Source of the DNA: an uncultured Gammaproteobacteria bacterium
GTDB taxonomy: Bacteria > Pseudomonadota > Gammaproteobacteria > CAWCPV01
Length of the DNA stretch: 64,000 nt
Reading direction: 5' to 3'
Assembly (NCBI GenBank): GCA_963797555.1
Contig: CAWCPV010000003.1
Span: 672,001 to 736,000, forward strand
How positions within the stretch are numbered: position 1 is the first letter of the stretch; each line of letters begins with the position of its first letter. The position numbers and the translations under genes were made by a program. Under the pieces are notes generated by a model that was not told the origin of the DNA, ran no database searches, and worked only from the letters and a program-made list of their open reading frames with translations. Positions 35,866 to 47,577 of this stretch are shown here, in pieces.

Positions 35866-36180
35866 CTGACCAGCTCGACCTGCCCCTGCCCTTTCCTGAG
35901 CTGGCGCGCGACCTGCCGCTGATGCCCGCGCGCATGGTCAACGAGTACCAGTACTGCCCCCGGCTCGCGTACCTGGAGTGGGTGCAGGGCGAGTGGGAGG
36001 ACTCTTCGGATACCGTGGAGGGCCGCTACACGCATCGCCGCGTGGACAAGCCGGGAGGCGAGCTGCCGCCTCCCAAAAGAGCTGGAGTCCGGCGACCGCG
36101 TCCACGCACGCTCCCTCACGCTTTCATCCAACCGCCTCGGGCTCATCGCGAAGATCGACCTCATCGAGGGCGAGGTGCTG
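35862..36180 (+). pseudogene. cas4: N-terminal stump of Cas4, resembling the Cas4-Cas1 fusion of type I-G
   Basis: [24 protein letters not shown]...TVEG...H; after a frameshift [24 protein letters not shown]; then truncated. Confidence 0.8.
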
Positions 36181-36216
36181 TGGAGAGGGCGGGCTAAACA
36201 CGCGCCCTTCTTCTTC

Positions 36217-36773
36217 TCATAGCTTGCATTTGAACGTCCATCCACCTTCTCCGGGGGTGATGGCCTCCACCACCGCGTCCTCTAGGTACAGGAGCTTCGG
36301 CCAAGGCCCCAAATCGCCATTGTTCGCCAAGTCCTTGTAAAGAAATAGATTACAGACGAAGAGCCCAGCCATTGAGTTGAGAACGTTTTCGAGATTCCCC
36401 TTGGTGTACTGTAAGTCCCGGTGATGCTTGACCTTGTTGTATGCTGTCCACCACGCTGGCGTTTTGTCAGCCCCCCAATCGGTCCATGGGGTGACGTTAG
36501 TTCGTAACTAGGGACCTCGACCTTCATATCGGCAAAGCTCGGGACATGCTGCGTCATCGTTCTCCGGTAAGCACGTTCTGAAGCAGCGTCAGGATTATGT
36601 GGTCTGCAAAGCAGCTTGAGAATAACGTCGGATTCTGACGAGGAAGCAAGAAGGAGATGAACCATCTCCAGCGAAAAGGTCTTGTAGTTCGCCCTGGAAA
36701 ACTCAACGAACCTGGCAAGTCGCAATAGATCCTCCTCCAAGGCAAGTAAGTAACTCCAGTGAAAAAGCCTCAT
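36217..36773 (-). CDS. Hypothetical protein with HEPN-like WWTAYNKVKHHR motif, frameshift near 36495
   Basis: HWSYLLALEEDL...FVEF...; PW...PAWWTAYNKVKHHR...NLENVLN; lower GC than flanks. Confidence 0.6.
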
Positions 36774-36851
36774 CCGCCGTTCCTTCTCCTCTTTATCACT
36801 CGCATGCGGGCGTGCTGTGGGATCCGGGGAGAGGACCCTCCGGCGAGCCGG

Positions 36852-37103
36852 TTACGGATACGCTTCACCTCTCGAAGTGAACTTGATGAGGACGATTCTT
36901 TTTGTAGCGGCATCTGGACGATAGATCAGACGATAGTCACCGATCCTACAGCGCCAGTGCCCTTTCGGCTCACCCTCAAGCGGCTTCACCGTATCTCCGT
37001 GAGGCTCAAGAGGTGCATCACAAAGCGCAGCCAAAGCTTCCAGAATACGTCCTTGAGTTTTCTTATCAACGTGTGAGATCGATTGGCGGAAAGTATGCGA
37101 CAT
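36852..37103 (-). CDS. RelE/ParE-family toxin domain
   Basis: VKPLEGE, WRCRIGDYRLIY. Confidence 0.75.
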   Translation of the reverse strand: MSHTFRQSISHVDKKTQGRILEALAALCDAPLEPHGDTVKPLEGEPKGHWRCRIGDYRLIYRPDAATKRIVLIKFTSRGEAYP

Positions 37104-37123
37104 GCCAAAACTCCATTCCTCTT

Positions 37124-37426
37124 CTACTTCCGCAGCATCGAAAGCTCGACGCTGTCGGCGCCAGTCTGCCGGATCTCCGCGCTCGCGATGTCGACCCAGC
37201 CCGGCTGGTTCTTGGACATTCGCGTGCCGAGGGTGCAGGGCTTGCTCGGCTGGGTCCCCTCGCAGTTCACGAGCTGCAAGTCCCCCGCCGCGTCGCGCAC
37301 CATGGTGGTGCCCGGCTCGGAGGTCGCGATCTCCGAGGCGCCGGCCCGCGGCCCCGCCGCGAGGAGCGCCAGCGCCGCGAGGCCGGCGCAGAGTCCAAAG
37401 GAGCGAGCGGACATCATCGCGACCAT
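37124..37426 (-). pseudogene. N-terminal part of a secreted protein, apparently truncated
   Basis: Signal peptide (LAALALLAAGPRAGA); ends where the low-GC segment begins. Confidence 0.4.
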
Positions 37427-38143
37427 CCCTAAGGATAAAAGCATAGGAAAACCCAATCGCCCCAACGTTCGTTGCTCGCGCACTTCAACGGGCCGCCGCC
37501 GCGAAGGTTGCGACCAATAGAAGGCACGTCGCGATGTGTCGCAAGAGACTTCCACCTGGCCCACTGCTGCAAAATCCTTCCCGCGCGCCTTTCAACTCCC
37601 GCTCAACTCCCGCCCCTTCCGGAGCATATACCCCGCCTGCTGCCATTTTCAAACCCGTGGCGCTCGACGGCGCTTGACAGCGCGAGTGGTGCCGCCCGAT
37701 GCCAAGGTTGGGGGTCCTGCGGGTCCTGCTCCTTCTGTTTGTGCCGACCGAGGTCGGGCTTGCCGGGCTCGCGAACTTCGTGGGCGGATTTCTGGTTCTG
37801 TCGGGAAGCGTCGAGACCGACCTGATGCGAGCAGCTACCGCCACGGCGCGGCACCGTGGTGAGCGTCGCCTACCAGCGCCGCATGCTGGGCTCCCTCCGC
37901 CTCCCGACCCTGCCGCGGTCCGTGGGCTTGCGCGGTGCGTCCGAGGAAGGGACCGAGCAAGTACTAAGGTCAGACCCTACCGCTGGCCGCGGCCTTCCGC
38001 CAGGAACGGCTCCTGCGCGTCTTGCTGCCCGGGCTCGCGGCAGGGTGACGATGGTGTGGGCAGCCCCCTGACCGATAGGCAGCCCGCTGCCGTTGGGTAT
38101 TCGGCGGCTGACCGAAGCCGCCCCAGGCCGTACAATCTCGCCT

Positions 38144-39971
38144 ATGAGCATCCCCGACCCGGTCACGGACGATATCTACGCTACGCTGCGCCGGGTGTAT
38201 GGCTACCACGCCTTCCGCCCCCACCAGCGGGAGATAGTCGAGGATCTCATCGCCGGCCGCGACGCCTTCGTGCTGATGCCGACCGGCGGCGGCAAGTCCC
38301 TGTGCTATCAGCTCCCGGCCATGCACCGGCCGGGGGTGGCGATCGTGGTCTCGCCGCTGATCTCGCTGATGAAGGATCAGGTGGACGCGCTGGTGGCCAA
38401 CGGCGTAGCGGCGGCCTTCTACAACTCGGCTCTGGGCTCCCAGGAGGCGCGCCAAGTGCTGGCCCGGCTGCACGCCGACGAGCTGGACCTGCTCTACATC
38501 GCCCCGGAGCGGCTGATGACCCCGGCTTTCCTGGAGCGCTTGGCGGACATCGACATCGCGCTGTTCGCCATCGACGAGGCCCACTGCGTGTCTCAGTGGG
38601 GTCACGACTTCCGCCCCGAGTACGTGCAGCTCGGCGCGCTGCGCGGGCATTTCTCCGATATCCCGCTGGTGGCGCTCACCGCCACCGCCGATCCCCAGAC
38701 GCGCGAGGATATCGTCGCGCGTTCTGGGGCTCACCAGGCGCGGCGCTACGTCACCAGCTTCGACCGCCCGAACATCCGCTACACCGTGCTGGAGAAGCAC
38801 AAGCCCTTCGACCAGTTGCTGCGTTTCCTGGGAGTCCACCGAGGCGAGGCCGGCATCGTCTACGCGCTCTCGCGCAAGCGGGTGGACGAGATCACCCACA
38901 AGCTGCGCGAGCAAGGCGTGCGGCCGACGCCTATCACGCCGGACTGCCCGCCGCCCACCGCCGCAGCGTCCAGGAGCGCTTCCTGCGCGACGAGCTGCAG
39001 GTGGTGGTGGCCACGGTCGCCTTCGGCATGGGCATCGACAAGCCCAATGTGCGCTTCGTCGTGCACTACGACCTCCCCAAGAACATCGAGGGGTACTACC
39101 AGGAGACCGGGCGCGCCGGGCGCGACGGGCTGCCGGCCGAGGCGCTGCTGCTGTACGGCGCCCAGGACGTGGCCACTGCCCGCGGGCTGGTGGAGAACAA
39201 CGCCAACCCGCAGCAGCGGCGCATCGAGCTGCACAAGCTCAACGCCATGATCGGGTTTCGCGGAGAGCGTTACCTGCCGGCGGCGGGTGCTGCTGGGCTA
39301 TTTCGGGGAGCGCTTGGAGGCCGAGTGCGGCAACTGCGACGTTTGCCTCAACCCGCCCGAGCGCTTCGACGCTACGGTGGACGCACAGAAGGCCCTGTCC
39401 TGCGTGTACCGGGTGAATCAGCGCTTCGGCATCAAGCACGTCGTCGATGTGCTGCGCGGCGCCGACACCGAGCGCATCCGCAGCCTCGCGCACCAGCGCC
39501 TTTCCACCTTCGGGATCGGCTCGGACAAGGGCGAGCAGGAATGGACCTCGATCCTCCGCCAGCTCATCCACCACGGCTACCTGGCCCAGGACATCGCCAA
39601 CTACTCGGTGCTCAAGCTGACCCCGGCGGCGCGTCCGCTCCTGCGCGGCGAGCAACGTCTGGAGCTGGCCCGGCCGCGCATCAAGGCTCCAGGTCCAGAA
39701 GAAAGCGCCGCGGGCGGCCGCCGACCACGGCCCATACGACGACGCCCTGTTCCAGCACCTCCGGGCGCTGCGCAAACGCCTGGCGGATGCGCAGGGCGTG
39801 CCGCCCTACATCGTCTTCGGCGACGCCACCCTGATTCAGATGACCCGCCTCAAGCCCATGCGCGAGGACGAGCTGTTGCGCATTACCGGCGTCGGGCAAA
39901 GCAAGCTGGAGAAGTACGGCGCAGATTTCCTGGACGCCATCGCGGAACACTGCCGGGGCAAGCGGGACTGA
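38144..39971 (+). CDS. recQ: DNA helicase RecQ, several frameshifts (about 38925, 39255, 39690)
   Basis: [71 protein letters not shown]. Confidence 0.93.
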
Positions 39972-40201
39972 GCCGTCGACCTGGGCCCGGGGCCGCGCAC
40001 CACCTCGCTGGCACCACAGTCTCTCCCGCTGCCGCCGTATCGGCTACAATTAGCACCGGCGCGACGCCGGCTACCGCGTCTGCGCCTCTGAGCAGGGACC
40101 GAACTACCCAAGGCAGCCTGGCGTCGGGCTCGAGCCGTGGGGGCAGCGAATGACGGCGTTCCGCGCCGTTCGGTTACGCCGTAGGAATGGAGGCTGCAGC
40201 A

Positions 40202-40441
40202 ATGGGTTTTTCGGGGGCATTCAGCTTCTGGCACTGGGTCATCCTCCTCATCGTGGTGGTCCTGGTCTTCGGCACCAAACGCCTAGCCACACTCGGTACG
40301 GACGTGGGCGAAGCCGTCAAGAGCTTCCGCCACGCCGTGCGCGCTGCCACGGAAGATGAGGCGAGCGCCGAGCACGAACGGAGCAAGCTGCCTCCTGACC
40401 CCGACGGTCCTGACGCCCGCGGCCCTACCCTCCCCTCCTAA
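40202..40441 (+). CDS. tatA: Twin-arginine translocase TatA/E subunit
   Basis: [22 protein letters not shown]...[11 protein letters not shown]. Confidence 0.9.
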   Translation: MGFSGAFSFWHWVILLIVVVLVFGTKRLATLGTDVGEAVKSFRHAVRAATEDEASAEHERSKLPPDPDGPDARGPTLPS

Positions 40442-40479
40442 GGCACCCCGCCCTCCCCTGACGCCTCGGTCACACCGGC

Positions 40480-41931
40480 GTGCGTCCCGCTGCGATCGCT
40501 TTCGTACTCGGCGTTCTGCTGATGATGTTCTCCCCCACACTGCTGGTCCCGGCGGTGGTGGGATCGTGGTATGGGGACGGCGCCGTCTTGCCTTACCTGC
40601 TGGCAGCGGTGATCTGCCTGGCGGGCGGCCTCGCCTTCTGGTTTCCGAACCGTCAGCGCCGGCCGGATCTGGGCACCCGCGACGGCTTTGCGATAGTGGT
40701 GCTGTTCTGGGTGGTGCTATCCCTGGTGGCGGCACTGCCTTTCATGTTCGCCGAGCACCCCCACATGCACCTGGCCCGGGCGGTGTTCGAGGCCGTCTCG
40801 GGCCTGACCACCACTGGCGCATCTGTGCTGTCGGGCCTAGACAAGCTGCCCCACGCCATCCTCTATTACCGGTCCCAGCTCAACTTCCTGGGCGGAATGG
40901 GCATCGTGGTGCTGGCCGTGGCCATCCTGCCGATGCTCGGGGTCGGAGGGATGCAACTCTACCGGGCCGAGACCCCCGGCCCGATGAAAGACGAGAAACT
41001 TACTCCGCGCATCGCCGAGACCGCCAAATCGCTCTGGTACGTTTACTTGGGACTCAATCTCCTGTGCACCACGGCGTTCTGGGTCGCCGGCATGAACCTG
41101 TTCGACGCGGTGAACCACAGCTTCGCGACCATCGCCCTTGGCGGCTTCTCCACCCACGACGCCAGCCTCGGCTACTTCCGAAGCCCCGCGGTGGAGATCG
41201 TTGCCGGGCTGTTCTCGCTGATCGCGGGCGTCAACTTCTCGCTGCACTTCATGGCGTGGCACAACCTCAACCCGAAGGTCTACTTCCGCGACCCGGAGTG
41301 CAAGGCATACCTGGGCGTGGTCACTGTCCTGGTGGGCGTGACCTGCACGTACCTCTACCTGTCCGGGACCTTCCCTCTCTGGGAGTCGATCTACCACGGG
41401 TTCTTCCAGAGCCTCTCGGTGACTACCGACAACGGCCTGTCGACGACTGGCTACCCTTCGGACTGGCCGATGTTCCTGCCGGTGCTGCTGGTGATCGCGA
41501 GCTTCTTCGGGGGCTGCGCCGGCTCCACCTGCGGCGGCATCAAGGCCATGCGCTTCCTGCTCCTCTACAAGCAGGGCCTGCGCGAGGCAAAGCTGCTCAT
41601 CCACCCGCGCGCCCAGATGACGCTCAAGATCGGCCAACGCACCCTGCCCGAGCGGGTAGTCAACGCGGTTTGGGGCTTCGTCTTCCTTTACGTCGGGAGC
41701 TACCTCGGCTTCTCTCTGGCCCTGATGGCCATGGGCCTGGACCCGATGACCGCATTCGGGTCCGTGGCGTGCTGCATGAACAATATGGGCATCGGCCTGG
41801 GCGGCACCGCCTCCAACTTCGCCGGGCTGAGCAACGGCGAGATCTGGGTGCTGAGCGCTTCCATGCTGGTCGGCCGCTTCGAGGTGTTTCCGCTGCTGCT
41901 GCTGCTCCTGCCCGACTTCTGGCGCAAGTGA
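40480..41931 (+). CDS. trkH: Trk potassium uptake membrane protein
   Basis: FEAVSGLTTTG, LGGMG, KLTPRI, GGFS, GGCAGSTCGGIK, GRFE. Confidence 0.93.
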   Translation: MRPAAIAFVLGVLLMMFSPTLLVPAVVGSWYGDGAVLPYLLAAVICLAGGLAFWFPNRQRRPDLGTRDGFAIVVLFWVVLSLVAALPFMFAEHPHMHLARAVFEAVSGLTTTGASVLSGLDKLPHAILYYRSQLNFLGGMGIVVLAVAILPMLGVGGMQLYRAETPGPMKDEKLTPRIAETAKSLWYVYLGLNLLCTTAFWVAGMNLFDAVNHSFATIALGGFSTHDASLGYFRSPAVEIVAGLFSLIAGVNFSLHFMAWHNLNPKVYFRDPECKAYLGVVTVLVGVTCTYLYLSGTFPLWESIYHGFFQSLSVTTDNGLSTTGYPSDWPMFLPVLLVIASFFGGCAGSTCGGIKAMRFLLLYKQGLREAKLLIHPRAQMTLKIGQRTLPERVVNAVWGFVFLYVGSYLGFSLALMAMGLDPMTAFGSVACCMNNMGIGLGGTASNFAGLSNGEIWVLSASMLVGRFEVFPLLLLLLPDFWRK

Positions 41932-42220
41932 GCGCGCATCCTGTTTAGCTTGGAGAGACCCCGGGGCCGCGCGGGCGCGCGCCCGGAAACGGCATTGCAC
42001 GGGTTCGCCTCCGGCCTAACGCCCCTTCGCGCAGCAAACTGGCACCCGCCGACTGGGAGGACATGGTCCCGCCGGACGAGACGGGTGCAGTACTCCCTGC
42101 CCTGCCGCTCGGTCCGTGGATTATACTTTTTCAGCCGTTCCGCGCAGCCGCCGGGTGTCCGCCAGCGTCTAGCCCATACCTTCTTTCCCCGCGCACACTC
42201 GCGCGTCCAGTGGAGGCAAC

Positions 42221-43126
42221 ATGAAGGTGTTCATTACCGGAGCCACCGGCTACATCGGCTTCAACGTCGCCTGTGCTTACCGCCGCGCCGGCCATGAGGT
42301 TTGGGGGCTGGTACGCAGCGCGGAAAAGGCTCGGACCGTGGCACGGCACGAGATCCGGCCCGTCATCGGCAGCCTGCAGGAGCCGGGAAGCTTTCTGCCC
42401 GTCGTCGAACGGTGCTCCGTGCTGATCCACGCCGCGGTCGATTACGCGGGCGATGCCTTCGAGCTCGACCGCAAGACCGTCGAGGCGCTGCTGTCCGCGG
42501 GATCTCAGGGTCCTGGGCCGAAGACGCTCATCTACACGGGCGGAGCCTGGGACTACGGGGATACGGGAGGCAAGCTGGTGGACGAGACCTCTCCGCTCTC
42601 GCCGCCCAAGCTGGTGGCGCGGCGCATCGCCACCGAGCGGATGGTGACCGAGTCCTCGGCCGTGCGCGGACTGGTGGTCCGTCCGGGCTGCGCATACGGC
42701 CGGCAGGGCGGCCTCACGGGGATGTGGTTCAGCGCAGCGGTCAAGGACAAGGCGCTGCAGGCCGTCGGCGACGGCACCGCTCGCTGGGCCGTGGTCCACG
42801 TGGACGACCTCGCCGACGGCTACCGGCGCGTGGGCGAAAGCGGTCTGTCCGGGGAGGTCTTCAACCTGACTGACGGCTCCCGCTTCACCGTTGCACAGAT
42901 GGTGCACGCGGTCGCCCAGGCCGCAGGCTACCGCGGCGAAGTGCGTTTCGTGCCCGTCGCGGAGGCTGCCGAGCGCATGGGCGACTTCGCCGAGTGCCTG
43001 GCGCTCGACCAGCACGTGGATGGACGCAAGGCGGTGCGTCTGCTCGACTGGCAGCCCGCGCACGGAGGCTTCGTGGACGAGGTCGACGCCTATTACGAGT
43101 CGTGGAAGGCGGCTCAGGACGCGTGA
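42221..43126 (+). CDS. NAD-dependent epimerase/dehydratase family protein
   Basis: VFITGATGYIG, VHVDDLAD. Confidence 0.9.
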   Translation: MKVFITGATGYIGFNVACAYRRAGHEVWGLVRSAEKARTVARHEIRPVIGSLQEPGSFLPVVERCSVLIHAAVDYAGDAFELDRKTVEALLSAGSQGPGPKTLIYTGGAWDYGDTGGKLVDETSPLSPPKLVARRIATERMVTESSAVRGLVVRPGCAYGRQGGLTGMWFSAAVKDKALQAVGDGTARWAVVHVDDLADGYRRVGESGLSGEVFNLTDGSRFTVAQMVHAVAQAAGYRGEVRFVPVAEAAERMGDFAECLALDQHVDGRKAVRLLDWQPAHGGFVDEVDAYYESWKAAQDA

Positions 43127-43426
43127 GCGGAGCGACGACGGACGGAGCGGGCGCAAGCCCCGCTTAGCGGGTCCATGGGAGGCGACCTGCGCTCCGCGTA
43201 GGCCGATCCGGGAAGACTCGTCGGGCCGGAGCAAGCGCTGCGAGAGTCCCGAATATGCACTGCGGCGCCGTTCGAATCACCGTGCACCCTACGGCGGTCG
43301 CCGAGCCGTCCCGTTCGAGGGGGACCTCGCGGCCCCCCGAAGCTCTCATCGCTCCAACAGCGGCGCGCCCCCGTAGATGAGGCCGTCAGTCTGCGGTGGG
43401 TTGGACACGCCTGCGCGCGCCCAGCT

Positions 43427-44305
43427 TCAAGCCGACAGGCGCTTTCCCATGAGGCGTTCGAGGACCCGCAGGGGTGCGGTCTGCTCGTCGCGGAGGCCGG
43501 CGAGGGGCAAGTGAAAGGTCTGCTCCAGCATGTACTGACCGGACATGGCGGCGTGCAGGACTTGGTCGCTGAACACGATCCAGGTGCTCCCCGGGGGCAG
43601 CGCGACCTCCTGCTGCGGCGCATCCCGCTGGTATGCGGCGTCGGCCTTTGCCAAGTCGTGAAGCTGGAGCATGACGTGGTCGTACCGGGTACGTTTTCCC
43701 TTCGTCACCCCCAAGGTCCGCAACAGCCAAGCCGAGGCTGGCCAAGGCGCGCGTACCCTGGGGAGGTAGCGCTGCGCCATGGCCGCGAACGGCTCGCCGA
43801 GGCGCCATACTCGGGGACGTCCCTCGGGGTCGACGTTGTTGAAAACTCGCAGAATGCGCTCGCCCCCGGTGGGGCTCGACGGGAAGGCATCGACATGCAG
43901 GCGTTTGTCGTCCTTCTTGAAGGAGCTGACCCGCTGCTGGACCTCGAACAGGCGCAGGCTCGTGCGCGCCCTCCGCAGGGTCGGAACGTAATCGGGCAGG
44001 AGGCTGCTCACGAGCTGGGTGGCTTGGTCGGCGAAGCGCGCCATCGCAGCCCGGAGCCGTTCCAGATCTTGCGCCGGCCCACGGGCACCGCGCAGCGCTT
44101 GCTGTCCATCCAGGCTGACATTCTTCGACTTGCCGTCTGACCAAAACGGGGAAAGGAATTGCCTCTCGCGCTCCGACATCTCGAAGCCGAGCCGGGGAAA
44201 GAACAACACTTCACCCCGCTCGAGGGACGTGATCGCTTCCCGCTGCAGCTCGCGGCTGACGCATGGGTCCCACCGGTCGATGGAAAGTTCGTGGAGGATA
44301 TTCAC
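43427..44305 (-). CDS. Kdo hydroxylase (KdoO) family protein
   Basis: LERGEVLFFP, DDKRLHVDAFPSSP, RILRVF, YDHVMLQLHD, HAAMSGQYMLEQTF. Confidence 0.85.
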   Translation of the reverse strand: MNILHELSIDRWDPCVSRELQREAITSLERGEVLFFPRLGFEMSERERQFLSPFWSDGKSKNVSLDGQQALRGARGPAQDLERLRAAMARFADQATQLVSSLLPDYVPTLRRARTSLRLFEVQQRVSSFKKDDKRLHVDAFPSSPTGGERILRVFNNVDPEGRPRVWRLGEPFAAMAQRYLPRVRAPWPASAWLLRTLGVTKGKRTRYDHVMLQLHDLAKADAAYQRDAPQQEVALPPGSTWIVFSDQVLHAAMSGQYMLEQTFHLPLAGLRDEQTAPLRVLERLMGKRLSA

Positions 44306-45137
44306 GCGCCGTTATCTCTCGTGACTGCGAGGAGCCGCCGCTAACAGCCGACCCCGCGCCGCGGGCCACGTATCGCTGCTCCGCCCGACGACTTACGACC
44401 ACCGCAGCTCATTCCGCTCCGACAGTCCCGGGGTGCGGTGCCGAACAGGACACCAAGCCGCTCGTCCAGCACGCGACGGCGTATTCTCCCTCACCGGCGT
44501 GACGGCCGTAAAGGATGGGCCGTTTCCAACGCGCTGTGACTCCGAGGCGCGCCCGCGCGGGGTCGAGCGACGCGTGCGGAGCGATCGACCTGAGCGAAGC
44601 AATCCTCCCCGCCTTCATGCAGCTCAATCGGTTCTTTACAGGCAGCGCCGATAGCCCTCGATTCCGCGAAGCTCCATCGAGGCTACGGAGTCCAAAACCT
44701 TGCGTCGTCCACGAAGCGACGACGGCGGTGAGGGTGCTCCCCAAATCAGGAGACTGCCGGAGCCGGCGGCCAGGGGACCCCGCACCCTCACCGCCTGCAT
44801 CGGGCGTGAGTCGCGGCCGGGGGCCTGTGCGGACCCCGGCCCTGCTCTCAGGCGGCATGCCGCCGGTATGGCTCCGCCAGCTCCTGCAGCAGCTCGTCGC
44901 GGCGTGCCTCGAGATGCGCGGCCAGTGCGTCGTAGGGCGCACCCTGCCGCTCGACGCCCTCGCAGCCGGCACGGGCCGCGAGCCGGGCGTGCTGGTCTCG
45001 GGCCATGTTCGAGGCCGTGGTCACGCACGCCAGGGAAACCAATCGCGGCGGCGACCACTGAGCCGCCGACAGCGGGGCGCGCAAGCGGTTGACCGCAGCG
45101 GAGATGCGTTGCGGCAGCCTCCAGGAGTCTCCGCCGG

Positions 45138-45734
45138 CTACGGGTGGCCGGCGTCTGCGGCCGCCTCGTCCGGGCCCGCTACCTCGAACACCTCCCACAA
45201 CGCCACCTCCACCGCCTCCAGAGTGGCGAAGATGAGCTTCTCTTCCGGGCCGAACACGGTACCCTTGTCGAAGCCGTCGGGGCCGAGCAGGAAGCGCATG
45301 GCGTAGTGCTCCAGGGGGTCCACCACCACGTATTCCCTGACACCGGTGCGCTCATAGAGGGTCCTTTTTTGGCGTAGGTCCTTGGTCGCGGTGGCAGGCG
45401 AGAGAATTTCCATCACCACGTCCGGCGCGCCTTCGACGTGGGTGGGCGTGATCTTCGCCGCGTCGCACACCACCAGAATGTCGGGCTGCACCACGTCCGT
45501 ATCCGAGAGGCGCACGTCCGTGGGCGCGATGAAGGCGCGGCAGGGTTTGCCAGCAAGGGCTTGCTCCAGTCGACTGGACAGGCGCAACACAACGGTCTGG
45601 TGCCGGGTGGACGGCGCCGGCGACATCGCGTACGCCGTGCCGTCGATGATCTCCCAGCGGTCCTCTTCGCTCCAGTTCCGGTAGTCGCTCCAAGTGTAGC
45701 GGGTGTCGGGGCGTTCCTTGCTCGATGTCGGCAT
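45138..45734 (-). CDS. Uma2-family endonuclease, close paralog of 31064-31657
   Basis: RYTWSDYR, VVQPDILVVCD, GVREYVVVDP, FDKGTVFGP shared with 31064-31657. Confidence 0.9.
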   Translation of the reverse strand: MPTSSKERPDTRYTWSDYRNWSEEDRWEIIDGTAYAMSPAPSTRHQTVVLRLSSRLEQALAGKPCRAFIAPTDVRLSDTDVVQPDILVVCDAAKITPTHVEGAPDVVMEILSPATATKDLRQKRTLYERTGVREYVVVDPLEHYAMRFLLGPDGFDKGTVFGPEEKLIFATLEAVEVALWEVFEVAGPDEAAADAGHP

Positions 45735-46253
45735 GGCGGCTTTCCACTTTGCTGTTCCAGGCGGGACAGAATGCTCCCATGATAGCCATCGGCAACGCTA
45801 TCGCCAAAGCCGCTCCGACTCACGAGCGTCTGGTGGGCACGCAGAGCTTGTCAAATCTCTGCCCCGACGGCATAACACGAGGGCCGGACAGTGGCTCATC
45901 TCGCGTTTCACGCCTCGGGGAGTGACACGGCCGCGGCTCGGGTGACACGCTGCACGAGGACTCTGGGCCTCCCACGCGCCCGGGCTACCGGACGACGCGC
46001 TTTTGTGTCAGAGCCCCGGCCGATGCCCCGCAGCATGAGCCCGGCGACTCACAGGATTCCGGCAACAGCCCAGCAATGAAGGCCCGAGCAGGAGGTGGAG
46101 AGCTCGCTTTCCGACTGTTCCAGCCCGAAGCGTTGCATGTCGATCACCTGCGCGGTGAAGTGTAGAATGCCGGCAGCTTATCCGAGATCCATTTCACAAT
46201 AAGCAAGCAGGCCACGCCTAGGTCGCGGGCAGGGAATTCACCGGATCAGGACG

Positions 46254-47111
46254 ATGGTAGAAATCAGACACCGAAAGACCGGAGAGATACTGGCTACGGT
46301 GGACGCCGATAGCCTGGCGGGAGCGGACCTGCGCGAGATGCGGCTGGAGGGTGCCGACCTTGCGGGCGCCGACCTCGAAGGTGCGCGCCTGAATTACGCG
46401 AACTTGGTGGGTGCCGACCTCAGGGGAGCGAACCTGTCCGGCGCGACCCTGGTCCGCGCCCATCTGAACGGTGCCGATATGGAGGGGTGCAGACTGATCA
46501 GGGCACGCCTGGGCGATGATGCACACTCCAATGCCGCGATGCTGCTGGGGTGCAACCTCAAAGGCGCTGACCTGACCCGCGCCGATCTGCGCCAGGTCGA
46601 GCTTCGCAACAGCGATATGCAGGGCGCCATCCTGACCCGTGCCGACATGCGCGGCGCCGACCTCTATCAGTGCAATCTCAGCAGCGTGACCGCTCACAAC
46701 ACCCTGATGATCAAGGCCAGCCTGAGAGAAGCGAACCTTAGCGGCGCGGACATCTCCGACAGCCACCTCAACGATGCCAACCTGATCAAGGCCAACCTGC
46801 AGGGCGCACGCCTCGAAAGCCAGCACGAGGGCGGCTACACCGTCATCAACGGGGCCAGTATGGAGGGAGCCAATCTCGCCAATGCGAGGCTGCGCAATGT
46901 CTGGGCGGAGGACACCAACCTCAGGCACGCCAACCTCAGCCACGCGGACCTCTCCCACGCGGTGATGGGCGGCGCTATCCTGCGAAGCGCCAACGTCGCC
47001 GGCGCCAACTTCGAAGGGGTCGACCTGACGACCGTCTCCATGGACTTCTCCAACTTCTCCGAGGCGCTGAACGCCGTTACCACCCCTTTGGACAACGGCA
47101 ACCTGCGGTAG
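46254..47111 (+). CDS. Pentapeptide repeat protein
   Basis: Continuous A(D/N)LXX repeats. Confidence 0.92.
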   Translation: MVEIRHRKTGEILATVDADSLAGADLREMRLEGADLAGADLEGARLNYANLVGADLRGANLSGATLVRAHLNGADMEGCRLIRARLGDDAHSNAAMLLGCNLKGADLTRADLRQVELRNSDMQGAILTRADMRGADLYQCNLSSVTAHNTLMIKASLREANLSGADISDSHLNDANLIKANLQGARLESQHEGGYTVINGASMEGANLANARLRNVWAEDTNLRHANLSHADLSHAVMGGAILRSANVAGANFEGVDLTTVSMDFSNFSEALNAVTTPLDNGNLR

Positions 47112-47196
47112 CCGAGCCGGCGCGGTCGCTCGAACAGGTCGAGTCGCTGCCGCCCTGCAGACAACAAGACCCGAGCGAGGGTCCGCTTCCGCGAGG

Positions 47197-47577
47197 TCAG
47201 GCATCTTCCGCCGTCTGCCGCAACCGGCGCACCAGCAGCACGCCGTACACCCCGGCGTTAACTGCGACGACCGCGACGCCGAGGACGACTTGCAGTCCGC
47301 GGGTCAGGCCGGCCGGGTAGACAACGGGCATGACGTAGTGATCGATGAATCCACCCGAGAAACCCGGGCTTCCGCCCGCCGCCCTAAGCCGGTTCTCGAG
47401 CGGCGTCAGAGGGCAGATCCAGCCCGAGAACTCGATGAATGCGCCCCAGACGGCGGCAGGCACATGGACCCACACGACCTTCGGCCACCTCAGGGCCAAC
47501 AGGCCACCCAAGACGACGAACACAATAAAGCCCAGGTGGAACAGAACGACGGCATCTGCGGCAAGCCTTGCAAGCAT
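47197..47577 (-). CDS. DUF2784-like membrane protein
   Basis: ADAVVLFHLGF, ICPLTPLENRLR, GFIDHY. Confidence 0.85.
   Translation of the reverse strand: MLARLAADAVVLFHLGFIVFVVLGGLLALRWPKVVWVHVPAAVWGAFIEFSGWICPLTPLENRLRAAGGSPGFSGGFIDHYVMPVVYPAGLTRGLQVVLGVAVVAVNAGVYGVLLVRRLRQTAEDA

Noticed and set aside
37459-37515. Possible lone CRISPR repeat (reverse strand ends GGCCCGTTGAAG) or attC remnant (GCCCAAC)
   Set aside because: Single degenerate copy with no spacer pattern and no matching R' site; it cannot be assigned
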